Source of the DNA: an uncultured Planctomycetaceae bacterium | GTDB lineage: Bacteria; Planctomycetota; Planctomycetia; Planctomycetales; Planctomycetaceae | DNA: 57,793 bases | NCBI GenBank assembly: GCA_963976765.1 | Contig: CAXBME010000027.1 | Coordinates: forward strand, 62,001-119,793 | Direction of reading: 5' to 3' | Shown here: in pieces, positions 39,646 to 48,231 of the stretch | Numbering within the stretch: position 1 is the first letter of the stretch | Layout of the letters: the number at the start of each line of letters is the position of its first letter | Made by a program: the position numbers and the translations under genes | Notes under the pieces: model-generated | The model's database searches: none | What the model saw: only the letters and a program-made list of their open reading frames with translations | What the model was told of the DNA's origin: nothing

Positions 39646-42327
39646 ATGATTCGTGTCTCGCAACAGAACAGTGCCGCCGGAGCCAAGCGTTATTACGCCA
39701 CGGCCGACTATTACATTGACGGCCAGGAGCTTGTGGGCCAGTGGGGCGGCAAAGGGGCCGAACGGCTTGGCCTGACCGGAACGGTCGGCAAGAAGGCGTT
39801 TGAGCAGCTTTGCGATAACCTCGATCCCCGTACCGGCCAGCCGCTGACCGTTCGCACCCGGACGGAACGCACCGTCGGCTACGATTTCACTTTCTCGGTG
39901 CCCAAGTCTGTTTCACTCCTCTATGCCCTGCACGACGACCGGCAGATTCTCGACGCCTTCCGCTCCTCCGTCGATGAGACGATGCGGGAGATGGAAGCGG
40001 AGATGAAAACCCGTGTCCGCAAGGCGGGCAAGGACGAGAATCGCACGACCGGCAACATGGTCTGGGCAGAGTTCATCCATACCACATCACGGCCAGTCGA
40101 GGGCGTTCCCGATCCGCAGCTTCACGCCCATTGCTTCGTGTTCAACAGCACCTTTGATAAGGAAGAGGATCGTTGGAAAGCAGGCCAGTTCCGGGAATTG
40201 AAGCGGGACGCTCCCTATTTCCAGGCGGCGTTTCGTGTCCGGTTGGCCAACCGCCTGCAAGACCTTGGGTACGGCGTTGTCCGCAAGCGGGATGATTTCG
40301 AGATCGCCGGAATTCACAAGGATATTCTTGGCCGGTTCTCGCGGCGGACAGATCAGATCGAGAAGATTGCCCAGGAAAAAGGGATCACCGATCCCGACCG
40401 CAAAGCCGAACTCGGTGCCGAAACTCGCGAAAACAAGGGGAAGAATCTCAGTATGCCCGAACTCCAGAAGGAATGGCGTTCGCGGCTGACAGAGGATGAG
40501 CAGGATTGGATTGCCGAGATTTACCGGCGGGAGGCCAAGCCAACTCGCCCCGAACCGGGCGAGCGCACAGCGGTCGCCCACGCCATCGAACACAGTTTCG
40601 TCCGTGATGCCGTGGTGCCTGAACGCAAGCTGATGACCGAAGCCCTGAAGCGGGGACTTGGTGCCGTTACCGTCGAACAGACAGCCAAGGAACTTGAAGC
40701 GAGGCCGCTGATCCGCAGCAATGTCGAAGGCCGGGACATGGCGACGACGCAGGAGATGCTGGCGCTGGAATCGAAGATCGTCGGATTTGCCCGCGATGGT
40801 CGTGGCCGTTGCCGCCCTCTCGGCAATCCGAAACGCGAGATGACCCGCGAATGGCTGAATCCCGAACAACAAGCCGCCGTCCGGCATGTATTGGGTTCCC
40901 GCGACCGCGTGATGGTGATTCGCGGCGTCGCAGGCACCGGCAAGACGACACTGGAACAGGAGATCGGCGAGGCACTGGCCGAAGTCGGAAAACCGGTCGT
41001 TGCCATTGCCCAGTCGGTGAAGGCCAGCCGCGACGTGCTGCGTCAGGAAGCGGGGTTTGCCACCGCCGATACGGTCGCCCGGTTCCTCAAAGACACTGAG
41101 ATGCAAGCGTCAGCGAAAGAGGGCGTCATCCTCGTTGATGAGGCCAGCCAGCTCGGCACTCGCGATATGCACGCGATCTTCACTGTCGCCGAAGCCGTCA
41201 ACGCCCGCGTGGTGCTGGTCGGCGACCGGCGGCAGCATAAGAGTGTAACGGCGGGTGAGCCGCTGAAACTGCTCGAAGAACGGTCGGGATTGCCGGTGGC
41301 GGAAGTCACCGACATCCAGCGGCAGAGCGGGGATTACAAGCAAATCGCTAAAGCCCTCAGTGAAGGACGAGTCGGCTTTGCCTTCGAGGAACTCGACAAG
41401 CTCGGCTGGATCAGGCAGGTGGATGACGCAGAGCGTTACCAGCAGCTTGCCGCAGCTTATCTGGATGCCACCAAGGAACGGGCAAAGGACGGCAAGCCCA
41501 AGACCGCCCTGGTGGTCTCGCCGACGCATGCGGAGGCAGCCAAGGTGACGGACGCCATCCGCACGTCCATGAAGGTGGAAGGGACGCTCACGAAGGAACG
41601 GACGGTCACCGCATATGTTCCTGCCCATCTGACCGACGCCCAGAAAACGGACGCTACTGAATACGAACCGGGCGACTTGATCCAGTTCCACCAGAACGCC
41701 ACGGGTTTTACAAAAGGCTCGCGGCTAGTCGTGGGCGAGGAAACGAAACCGCCGACCGATCTGGCGGAACGGTTCGAGGTGTATCGGTCGAAACCACTCT
41801 CGCTGGCTGTTGGCGACCGCATCCGCATCACGGCAGGCGGCATGACCAAGGACGGCAAGCATCGCCTCAGCAATGGATCGCTGTTCACCATCGAAGGCTT
41901 CACGGCCACCGGCGACATCAAGGTCAATGACGGCTGGGTGATCGACCACGACTTCGGCCACCTGACGCACGGCTATGTGACCACGAGCCACGCCAGCCAG
42001 GGAGCAACGGTGAGCAAAGTCTTTGTCGCCATTGACAGTGAGTCGATGAAGGCGACCGACCAGCGAACGGCGTATGTCGCCGTCACGCGGGGCAAGGAAC
42101 AGGCGGTGATTTTCACGGATGACCATCTCGAACTTCTCAAGGCGGCCACAAGGGACGGCCAATCGCTGACGGCCACCGAACTGGTCGATCCGAAACGATC
42201 GCCTGCCAAAGCATTCGCTAACCGTCGGCTGGGGCGGCATCACCCCGCCACGCCGGAACATGCCGTTTCCGTTTCGATCCCAACGAAGGAAATGACCCCG
42301 AACAGGGAGACCGACCATGTTCGATAA
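39646..42327 (+). CDS. mobF: MobF (TrwC/TraI-like) relaxase-helicase
   Basis: YY..DYY tyrosines, DFTFSVPKSVS, PDPQLHAH (HUH), FSRR, GVAGTGKT, DEAS, TSHASQG. Confidence 0.95.
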   Translation: MIRVSQQNSAAGAKRYYATADYYIDGQELVGQWGGKGAERLGLTGTVGKKAFEQLCDNLDPRTGQPLTVRTRTERTVGYDFTFSVPKSVSLLYALHDDRQILDAFRSSVDETMREMEAEMKTRVRKAGKDENRTTGNMVWAEFIHTTSRPVEGVPDPQLHAHCFVFNSTFDKEEDRWKAGQFRELKRDAPYFQAAFRVRLANRLQDLGYGVVRKRDDFEIAGIHKDILGRFSRRTDQIEKIAQEKGITDPDRKAELGAETRENKGKNLSMPELQKEWRSRLTEDEQDWIAEIYRREAKPTRPEPGERTAVAHAIEHSFVRDAVVPERKLMTEALKRGLGAVTVEQTAKELEARPLIRSNVEGRDMATTQEMLALESKIVGFARDGRGRCRPLGNPKREMTREWLNPEQQAAVRHVLGSRDRVMVIRGVAGTGKTTLEQEIGEALAEVGKPVVAIAQSVKASRDVLRQEAGFATADTVARFLKDTEMQASAKEGVILVDEASQLGTRDMHAIFTVAEAVNARVVLVGDRRQHKSVTAGEPLKLLEERSGLPVAEVTDIQRQSGDYKQIAKALSEGRVGFAFEELDKLGWIRQVDDAERYQQLAAAYLDATKERAKDGKPKTALVVSPTHAEAAKVTDAIRTSMKVEGTLTKERTVTAYVPAHLTDAQKTDATEYEPGDLIQFHQNATGFTKGSRLVVGEETKPPTDLAERFEVYRSKPLSLAVGDRIRITAGGMTKDGKHRLSNGSLFTIEGFTATGDIKVNDGWVIDHDFGHLTHGYVTTSHASQGATVSKVFVAIDSESMKATDQRTAYVAVTRGKEQAVIFTDDHLELLKAATRDGQSLTATELVDPKRSPAKAFANRRLGRHHPATPEHAVSVSIPTKEMTPNRETDHVR

Positions 42328-42826
42328 CGCCACGCCGCACCAGGATCGCCTCAAGGCTAACCCGCATTTGGCGGGAAAGATTTCCGGAAATGGTGGTCGT
42401 CCACCCGAAGGAGGCGAGGGGGCTTGTGCTGCATTCGGTTATCTACGCGGCCTGCACGAGAGGGCGAATGCCATCGAGTTCCGCCTGAAAAGCGGCAACA
42501 GCATCTGGTTCCCCTATGGCTGGCTCGGCACCTGGAAGTTCGATCCGTCGGCAGGCCTGTTGCTCAAATTCTCCGGTGACTTGGTGTACTTGGTTTTGAT
42601 CCGGGGCAGCAACCTCGACCGCCCCATTGAGGACAGCGGCATCGACATGATCCGGGCGGGTTTACAACGTCACCGCGTCCTGTGGGTGCGGGAGATGGGC
42701 GAGGAAGACATTAGCCAAACGGGAGAGAACGGCCCGACCATTGACAGCATCGAAGTGGCCGAGTTCGAGTCGCACGAGGCGCTCAAAGAATGGCTCAGTC
42801 AGACGGCACCGGCATTTCTCCACTGA
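42317..42826 (+). CDS. Hypothetical protein coupled to mobF
   Basis: 11-nt overlap with the mobF end, RBS GGGAG, globular composition. Confidence 0.8.
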   Translation: MFDNATPHQDRLKANPHLAGKISGNGGRPPEGGEGACAAFGYLRGLHERANAIEFRLKSGNSIWFPYGWLGTWKFDPSAGLLLKFSGDLVYLVLIRGSNLDRPIEDSGIDMIRAGLQRHRVLWVREMGEEDISQTGENGPTIDSIEVAEFESHEALKEWLSQTAPAFLH

Positions 42827-42923
42827 CAAGGCAGACGAAGCGATCCGCACTATCTACTTGCGCCATTCTCAACACGGGTCTACTGTAGGAAACGATGTCC
42901 AATGGAAAACAAGGGAGGTGATG

Positions 42924-43664
42924 ATGAGTAAGCAATTGATTTCACGGAAAAATCGGGGGGGGGGGGCATCTTGCATGTTCCTGCCTGGGTTTACTCGTGT
43001 TCGTCAGGCCAAAGCTTACTTAGAGTATTGTGGGGCACGTTACGGCCTTAGGAACCGAAACAGCACACAATTCATCGCGTCGGATAGTGGAGTGTTTACC
43101 CAGGACTGGTTCAGTTACCACATTCCGCTTTGGAAACGAGTCCTTGAACCCTTTGTCGCAAAGCCGATCCGCGCACTGGAGATCGGGGTATTTGAGGGGC
43201 GATCTGCGGTATGGTTGCTGGATCATGTTCTGACACACCCGGAATCGACCTTCACCTGGATCGATCCCTTCATTGGACCGACGCATCGCGTTGGGATCGA
43301 TCACCCAAATGATCTGGAAGCCAGGTTCCGGAATAATATCGGACGATTTGGAGGGAAGACGCAAGGATACGTCGGTCGCAGTCAGGAGGTACTGCGAGAG
43401 TTTAGCAGCGTACGTTTTGACCTCATCTATATTGATGGGGCGCACTTTGCCCCGGATGTATTGGCAGACGCGGTCTTATCCTGGCCGCTATTGCGATCGG
43501 GAGGGTTGATGGGGTTTGATGATTACGGCTGGCGGCCGTGGGCGAAGTTGCAGAAGAGCCCGGCACTGGCGGTAGACGTGTTCATGGCGGTGATGGCTGG
43601 ACAATTCGAGGTCGTCCATCGCGGCTATCAGGTATGGCTGCGGAAGCTCCCCGAATCGACCTGA
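42924..43664 (+). CDS. Class I SAM-dependent methyltransferase (Methyltransf_24-like)
   Basis: LEIGVFEG, FDLIYIDGAH, GGLMGFDDY; start uncertain. Confidence 0.88.
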   Translation: MSKQLISRKNRGGGASCMFLPGFTRVRQAKAYLEYCGARYGLRNRNSTQFIASDSGVFTQDWFSYHIPLWKRVLEPFVAKPIRALEIGVFEGRSAVWLLDHVLTHPESTFTWIDPFIGPTHRVGIDHPNDLEARFRNNIGRFGGKTQGYVGRSQEVLREFSSVRFDLIYIDGAHFAPDVLADAVLSWPLLRSGGLMGFDDYGWRPWAKLQKSPALAVDVFMAVMAGQFEVVHRGYQVWLRKLPEST

Positions 43665-43903
43665 TGATAGCGATGCCATACCCGGCAGGTCGGCGGACTG
43701 GATCAACCATCGACAATACTACCGTAGCCGGATTCGAGTCGCACGGCCCCCTTGTGAGGTTTGCTCACTCTGATCCAGGATTCCACCAATCACTCATTGG
43801 ATGATGAAAAGCGAAGAGACAGCATCGGAACAACCGTTGCGTTTTCTGAAGAGCATCGAGAGAATTGATGGACAATTCCGGCTTCGAGTGATATTCTTCG
43901 GTC

Positions 43904-44809
43904 ATGGAACTGAAGACACTGGCGACCTTTCGGGCAGCGGCGGCGACGCTGAGTTTTACGCAGACGGCTGCGGCACTCGGATACGTCCAGTCGAGCGTGA
44001 CAGCTCAGATCCAGCAGTTGGAGCGAGAACTCGGCGTTCCCCTCTTTGACCGAATTGGCAACCGCCTTGCCCTGACAGGGGCCGGGCAGCGGCTGCTGGG
44101 TTACGCGGACCGCTTGCTGACGTTGGCCGATGAAGCCCGCGCCGCCGTCAGCACCACCGCTCCGGTGGGAACACTCTCCATCAGTGCGCCCGAGACGATC
44201 GTCACCTACTTGCTGCCAAGCATTCTGGCCAAGTTTCGGCAACAGCATCCCACCGTTTGCGTGCGCTATGTTCCAACGCCAATCGGGGAACTGAAGCGGC
44301 GGGTTTTGGAGGGACAGCTCGATGCTGCCTTTCTGCTGGAAGAGCCTGTCTCGCCCGGAACGCTGAATGTCGCCCAACTTCGCCCGGAACCGTTGGCGCT
44401 GATTGCCGCACCCGCGCATCCGTTGGCCAAGAAACGTCGCGTGCAGGCTCGCGATCTGGCGGGCGAGGCGGTGCTCCTGACGGAGACCGGCTGCACCTAT
44501 CGGAACAAGTTCGAACGGGCGCTCCATGCCGCTCACGCTCATCCGGGTTCCCTGGCCCAGGAATTCTCCAGCATCGAAGCGATTAAACGCTATGCCGCCG
44601 CTGGACTCGGCATCGCGGCTTTACCGAGCGTGGCGGTGGAAGCTGAGAAGAAAGCGGGGACTCTGGCCGTCCTCGCCTGGGACGGTCCGCAACTGACCGT
44701 CCATACGCAACTGGTCTGGAGCGCCACCCGCTGGACCTCGCCCGCGCTCTCTGCCTTCATCGAAGCGGTCAGGAGCCGTCCGTGGGAACCGCCTGGCAAG
44801 CGTTCTTAG
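43904..44809 (+). CDS. LysR-family regulator
   Basis: SFTQTAAALGYVQSSVTAQIQQLERELGVPLFDR. Confidence 0.95.
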   Translation: MELKTLATFRAAAATLSFTQTAAALGYVQSSVTAQIQQLERELGVPLFDRIGNRLALTGAGQRLLGYADRLLTLADEARAAVSTTAPVGTLSISAPETIVTYLLPSILAKFRQQHPTVCVRYVPTPIGELKRRVLEGQLDAAFLLEEPVSPGTLNVAQLRPEPLALIAAPAHPLAKKRRVQARDLAGEAVLLTETGCTYRNKFERALHAAHAHPGSLAQEFSSIEAIKRYAAAGLGIAALPSVAVEAEKKAGTLAVLAWDGPQLTVHTQLVWSATRWTSPALSAFIEAVRSRPWEPPGKRS

Positions 44810-44854
44810 GGCGTCGTGTTTGTCGGAAAATCCCCAATAGGCCCCTTGTCGTCA

Positions 44855-44869
44855 ATCGTTATTTCCGAT
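44855..44869. promoter_or_regulatory. LysR box (T-N11-A)
   Basis: ATCG-N7-CGAT upstream of the PhzF gene; similar ATCG-N7-TGAT at 43855-43869 upstream of lysR. Confidence 0.55.
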
Positions 44870-44941
44870 CCTGACTATCGAAGATATTCGTTTGTGCCGA
44901 TTGGCGGCTGAAGCTATAACCTGTCCCAAAGGAGACTTGTT

Positions 44942-45796
44942 ATGGCTTCGCAGCATCCCACATCAAATCACATAAAAACTTCCCTTCGATTCTGGCAAGT
45001 CGATGCTTTCACGGATCGTCCCTTTAGCGGGAATTCCGCTGCCGTGTGTTGGCTGGACGAGGAAGTTCCCGACGGGTGGATGCAGGACGTGGCGGCCGAG
45101 ATGAACCTCTCGGAGACCGCTTTCGTGCAGCGGAACGGCGCTGCGTATCGTCTACGGTGGTTCACGCCGCAGGTCGAAGTACCGCTGTGCGGCCATGCCA
45201 CGCTGGCCTCGGCTCATGCGCTCTGGGCAGCGGGAATTCACCCGATGGCGGAGCCGATCCGGTTTCAGACCCAAAGCGGCGTTCTGACTTGCGAGCAGGT
45301 CAATGGCGTCATCGAGATGGATTTCCCGGTGGTGCCGTATGAGGAGGTCGATCCTGCATCTGATCTCTTGGCAGCTTTGGGAGCCCCAGCCACGTACGTG
45401 GGCAAGACGCAATATGACCATCTGGTGGTGATCAAGGATGCTGAGACTCTCCGGTCTCTGACTCCAGACTTCCGCAAACTGAAGAATTTTCCCACTCGGG
45501 GAGTGATGGTAACGGGTCCATCCGATGATCCCCGCTTCGATTTCGTGTCGCGTTTCTTTGCTCCCAGCGTAGGCATTGACGAAGATCCGGTCACCGGCTC
45601 GGCGCATTGCTGCCTCGCTCCTTACTGGGCCAAAGTGCTTGGGAAACAGGAGATGACGGCCTTTCAGGCGTCCGCACGTGGCGGCATTCTTCAAGTCCGT
45701 GTTGCCGGGGATCGTGTCATTCTCGGCGGGCAAGCGGTGATGGTTCTGCAAGGAGAATTGCTCGCCGGCCCCCCAAGGATCAGCATAAGGATGTGA
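44942..45796 (+). CDS. PhzF-family isomerase
   Basis: QVDAFT, EMNLSETAF, LRWFTP, LCGHATLA, EDPVTGSAH. Confidence 0.95.
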   Translation: MASQHPTSNHIKTSLRFWQVDAFTDRPFSGNSAAVCWLDEEVPDGWMQDVAAEMNLSETAFVQRNGAAYRLRWFTPQVEVPLCGHATLASAHALWAAGIHPMAEPIRFQTQSGVLTCEQVNGVIEMDFPVVPYEEVDPASDLLAALGAPATYVGKTQYDHLVVIKDAETLRSLTPDFRKLKNFPTRGVMVTGPSDDPRFDFVSRFFAPSVGIDEDPVTGSAHCCLAPYWAKVLGKQEMTAFQASARGGILQVRVAGDRVILGGQAVMVLQGELLAGPPRISIRM

Positions 45797-45873
45797 CCCC
45801 TTCCTGGCACTCACCATGAAGTTGACTGAATTCATTCTGCTTTAGTGCTTTTATACCAGAGAAAAGAGAAAAT

Positions 45874-46650
45874 ATGGCAGGTCGCCTCAAGGATCAGAAG
45901 GCTGTCATCACAGGCGGAAGCGACGGCATCGGACTGGCCATTGCCTCGGCATTCGCCGCCGAGGGAGCCCATCTGTGGACCATCGCCCGAGATGCGGACA
46001 AACTCGCAGCAACTGCCGATGCGTTCAAAAACAAGGGGGTGAATGTCAGGTTCACCGCGGCTGATCTGGTTGATCCCCAAGCAGCGGAGCAAGTCGGCAG
46101 CGAGATTGCCGAGACCTGGGACGATCTGGACGTGCTGGTGAATAACGCGGGCATGGCTCGCTTCACGAATTTCTCCGATGTGCCGCCCGCCGAATTGCAC
46201 GCACAGGTGCAACTCAACCTGCTTTCTCCGTACCTGTTGACGCAACGGCTTCTGCCGCTGTTGGCGACGGCTCGGGGGAATGTCATCAAAATCTCTTCGA
46301 CGTCGGCACACAGGCTCATTCCGGGCAGACCCGCTTCCGTCTATGCCATGACCAAGGGCGGAGTGAACTCGCTCACGAAGGCCTTGGCTCTCGAACTTGG
46401 GCCGCAGGGAGTCAGAGTCAATGCCATCGCGCCCGGGACGATCAAGACTTCCCTGACGCAGAAGATGATCGCCAGCTTTTCTGAAGAGCGGAAGACGGAG
46501 TACGACAAGTTCGTTCGTCAATCCTTTGCCTTGGGGCGTTTGGGCGAACCGGAAGACGTCGCCCATCTTGCTGTTTATCTGGCCTCCGCCGAAGCCAAAT
46601 GGACGACAGGATCGGTCTTCATTGTCGATGGCGGACTGAGCACCAACTAA
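45874..46650 (+). CDS. Short-chain dehydrogenase/reductase
   Basis: TGGSDGIG, NNAG, YAMTK. Confidence 0.95.
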   Translation: MAGRLKDQKAVITGGSDGIGLAIASAFAAEGAHLWTIARDADKLAATADAFKNKGVNVRFTAADLVDPQAAEQVGSEIAETWDDLDVLVNNAGMARFTNFSDVPPAELHAQVQLNLLSPYLLTQRLLPLLATARGNVIKISSTSAHRLIPGRPASVYAMTKGGVNSLTKALALELGPQGVRVNAIAPGTIKTSLTQKMIASFSEERKTEYDKFVRQSFALGRLGEPEDVAHLAVYLASAEAKWTTGSVFIVDGGLSTN

Positions 46651-46669
46651 ATCTGTCACAAGGAGGTTC

Positions 46670-47149
46670 ATGATGACCCAGCAGGTTCCCACACTGGAAT
46701 ATCTTCAACGGTTTATTTCCGGTGTCTCGCTCGCCGATGTCACGACGGAATTGATCTATCCCCCAGCGATCTGGACAACGCTCGGTTTTCGACTGATCGA
46801 GGTCGATCTGGCTTACGCCAAGCTTGAACTAGATACGGACCTCAGACGACATGGGAACCAATTAGGCATCACCCACGGCGGCATCGTTTGCGAGATGGCG
46901 GATGCCGCGATCGGCACGGCGCATTCGACTGTGCTCAGCGAGGGGGAATCGTTGGCGAGCGTCGAGATCAAAGTGAACTTCTTTCGTCCCGTCGGAGAAA
47001 CCCGTATCACCGCGACCGCGCGGCGCGTGAACGCCGGTCGGACGCTGAGTTACTACGTCTGCGACATTCACAATGATTCCGGAAAGCTCGTTTCGAGTGT
47101 GAATAGCACCGTCATGACGCTGAAAGGCGAGCAAGTAGCAAGGCGGTAA
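46670..47149 (+). CDS. PaaI-family hotdog thioesterase
   Basis: N..G..HGG, DAAIG, VNFFRPV. Confidence 0.9.
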   Translation: MMTQQVPTLEYLQRFISGVSLADVTTELIYPPAIWTTLGFRLIEVDLAYAKLELDTDLRRHGNQLGITHGGIVCEMADAAIGTAHSTVLSEGESLASVEIKVNFFRPVGETRITATARRVNAGRTLSYYVCDIHNDSGKLVSSVNSTVMTLKGEQVARR

Positions 47150-47181
47150 TCAAGACAGATTGAGCAAAAGGATTTCTTGGC

Positions 47182-48195
47182 ATGAGAACTCTAATCATCG
47201 GCATCGGAGCGATTGGCGGTCTCATTGCTGCCCGTTTGAGCGGGGTAGGTTCACCCGTGTGGCTGGCGACGCGAACTGACCAATCTGCGTCTGTTCTCAG
47301 GATGGCTGGTCTACAATTGACGGGCATGGGCGTTGAAATCGCCGTTGAGAAGCTCAATGTGGCTGGATTGAATAGCTACATGGGTGAGTCATTCGATTTC
47401 ATTGTCCTGGCCACAAAGGCACACGATGCTCTCGACGTGGCTCCGAAGTTATTGTCCCGACTTACACCTGGGGGTGTGCTGTTGCCCCTTCAGAACGGCA
47501 GCATTCCCTTGATGCTCGCGGAAAGGCTTGGGGCTGACAATCTCCTCGGCGGAATCTCCAATTTCGGGGCGACGATGGTGAGGCCGGGCTTGTATGAACA
47601 GCGGAACAACGGCCATCTGCTCATTGGGGAATTGGCCGGAGGAGCGAGCGAACGGGCTGAACGTATTCGCCAGTGGCTCGGACAGGCAATTAACGTCAGG
47701 ATAGCACAGAACTTTTCCGGGGCTGTGTGGGCCAAACTGCTGCTGAACTGTTCCGTCACGACCATCGGCGCGATCGCCGGCCAGACCATGCGCCAATACA
47801 TCGCCACGCCTGACGGCCGTGAGCTTTTCCGCCGAACCTACGACGAAGCATTGCGGGTGGCGTTAGCAAGCAATGCCCGTCCGGAAACGATGATTGTCGA
47901 ACCGATCCCACCAAGCTGGAGCGGCCAAAGCGCCCCAAGTCCAGCATACGCCGCTTGGCTCGACCGAATCCTGAACGGATACGGCGATTTGAAGCCATCC
48001 ATGCTTCAGGATTTCGAGAACGGTCGGAAAACGGAAATTAAGTTTATCAATGGTTACATTGTGAGTCTTGGTCAGGAGTTGAGTATTCCCACTCCAGCGA
48101 ATGCCGCCATTGTTGAGACGGTCCTCACGATCGAGCGCCGTCAGATCACTCCAGATCCATCGCTTCTCGGTCGAACACTACATGCAAGCAAGTAA
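47182..48195 (+). CDS. Ketopantoate reductase (PanE/ApbA) family oxidoreductase
   Basis: GIGAIG, LATKA, LQNG, WAKLLLN, SMLQD..GRKTE, PTP.N. Confidence 0.92.
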   Translation: MRTLIIGIGAIGGLIAARLSGVGSPVWLATRTDQSASVLRMAGLQLTGMGVEIAVEKLNVAGLNSYMGESFDFIVLATKAHDALDVAPKLLSRLTPGGVLLPLQNGSIPLMLAERLGADNLLGGISNFGATMVRPGLYEQRNNGHLLIGELAGGASERAERIRQWLGQAINVRIAQNFSGAVWAKLLLNCSVTTIGAIAGQTMRQYIATPDGRELFRRTYDEALRVALASNARPETMIVEPIPPSWSGQSAPSPAYAAWLDRILNGYGDLKPSMLQDFENGRKTEIKFINGYIVSLGQELSIPTPANAAIVETVLTIERRQITPDPSLLGRTLHASK

Positions 48196-48231
48196 AGTCA
48201 TTGCGCGAACTCCGCTGTGTTTCCCACCAAC

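Noticed and set aside
47182..48195. Assignment as housekeeping panE
   Set aside because: Family is clear, but the cargo context lacks pan genes, so the substrate is uncertain
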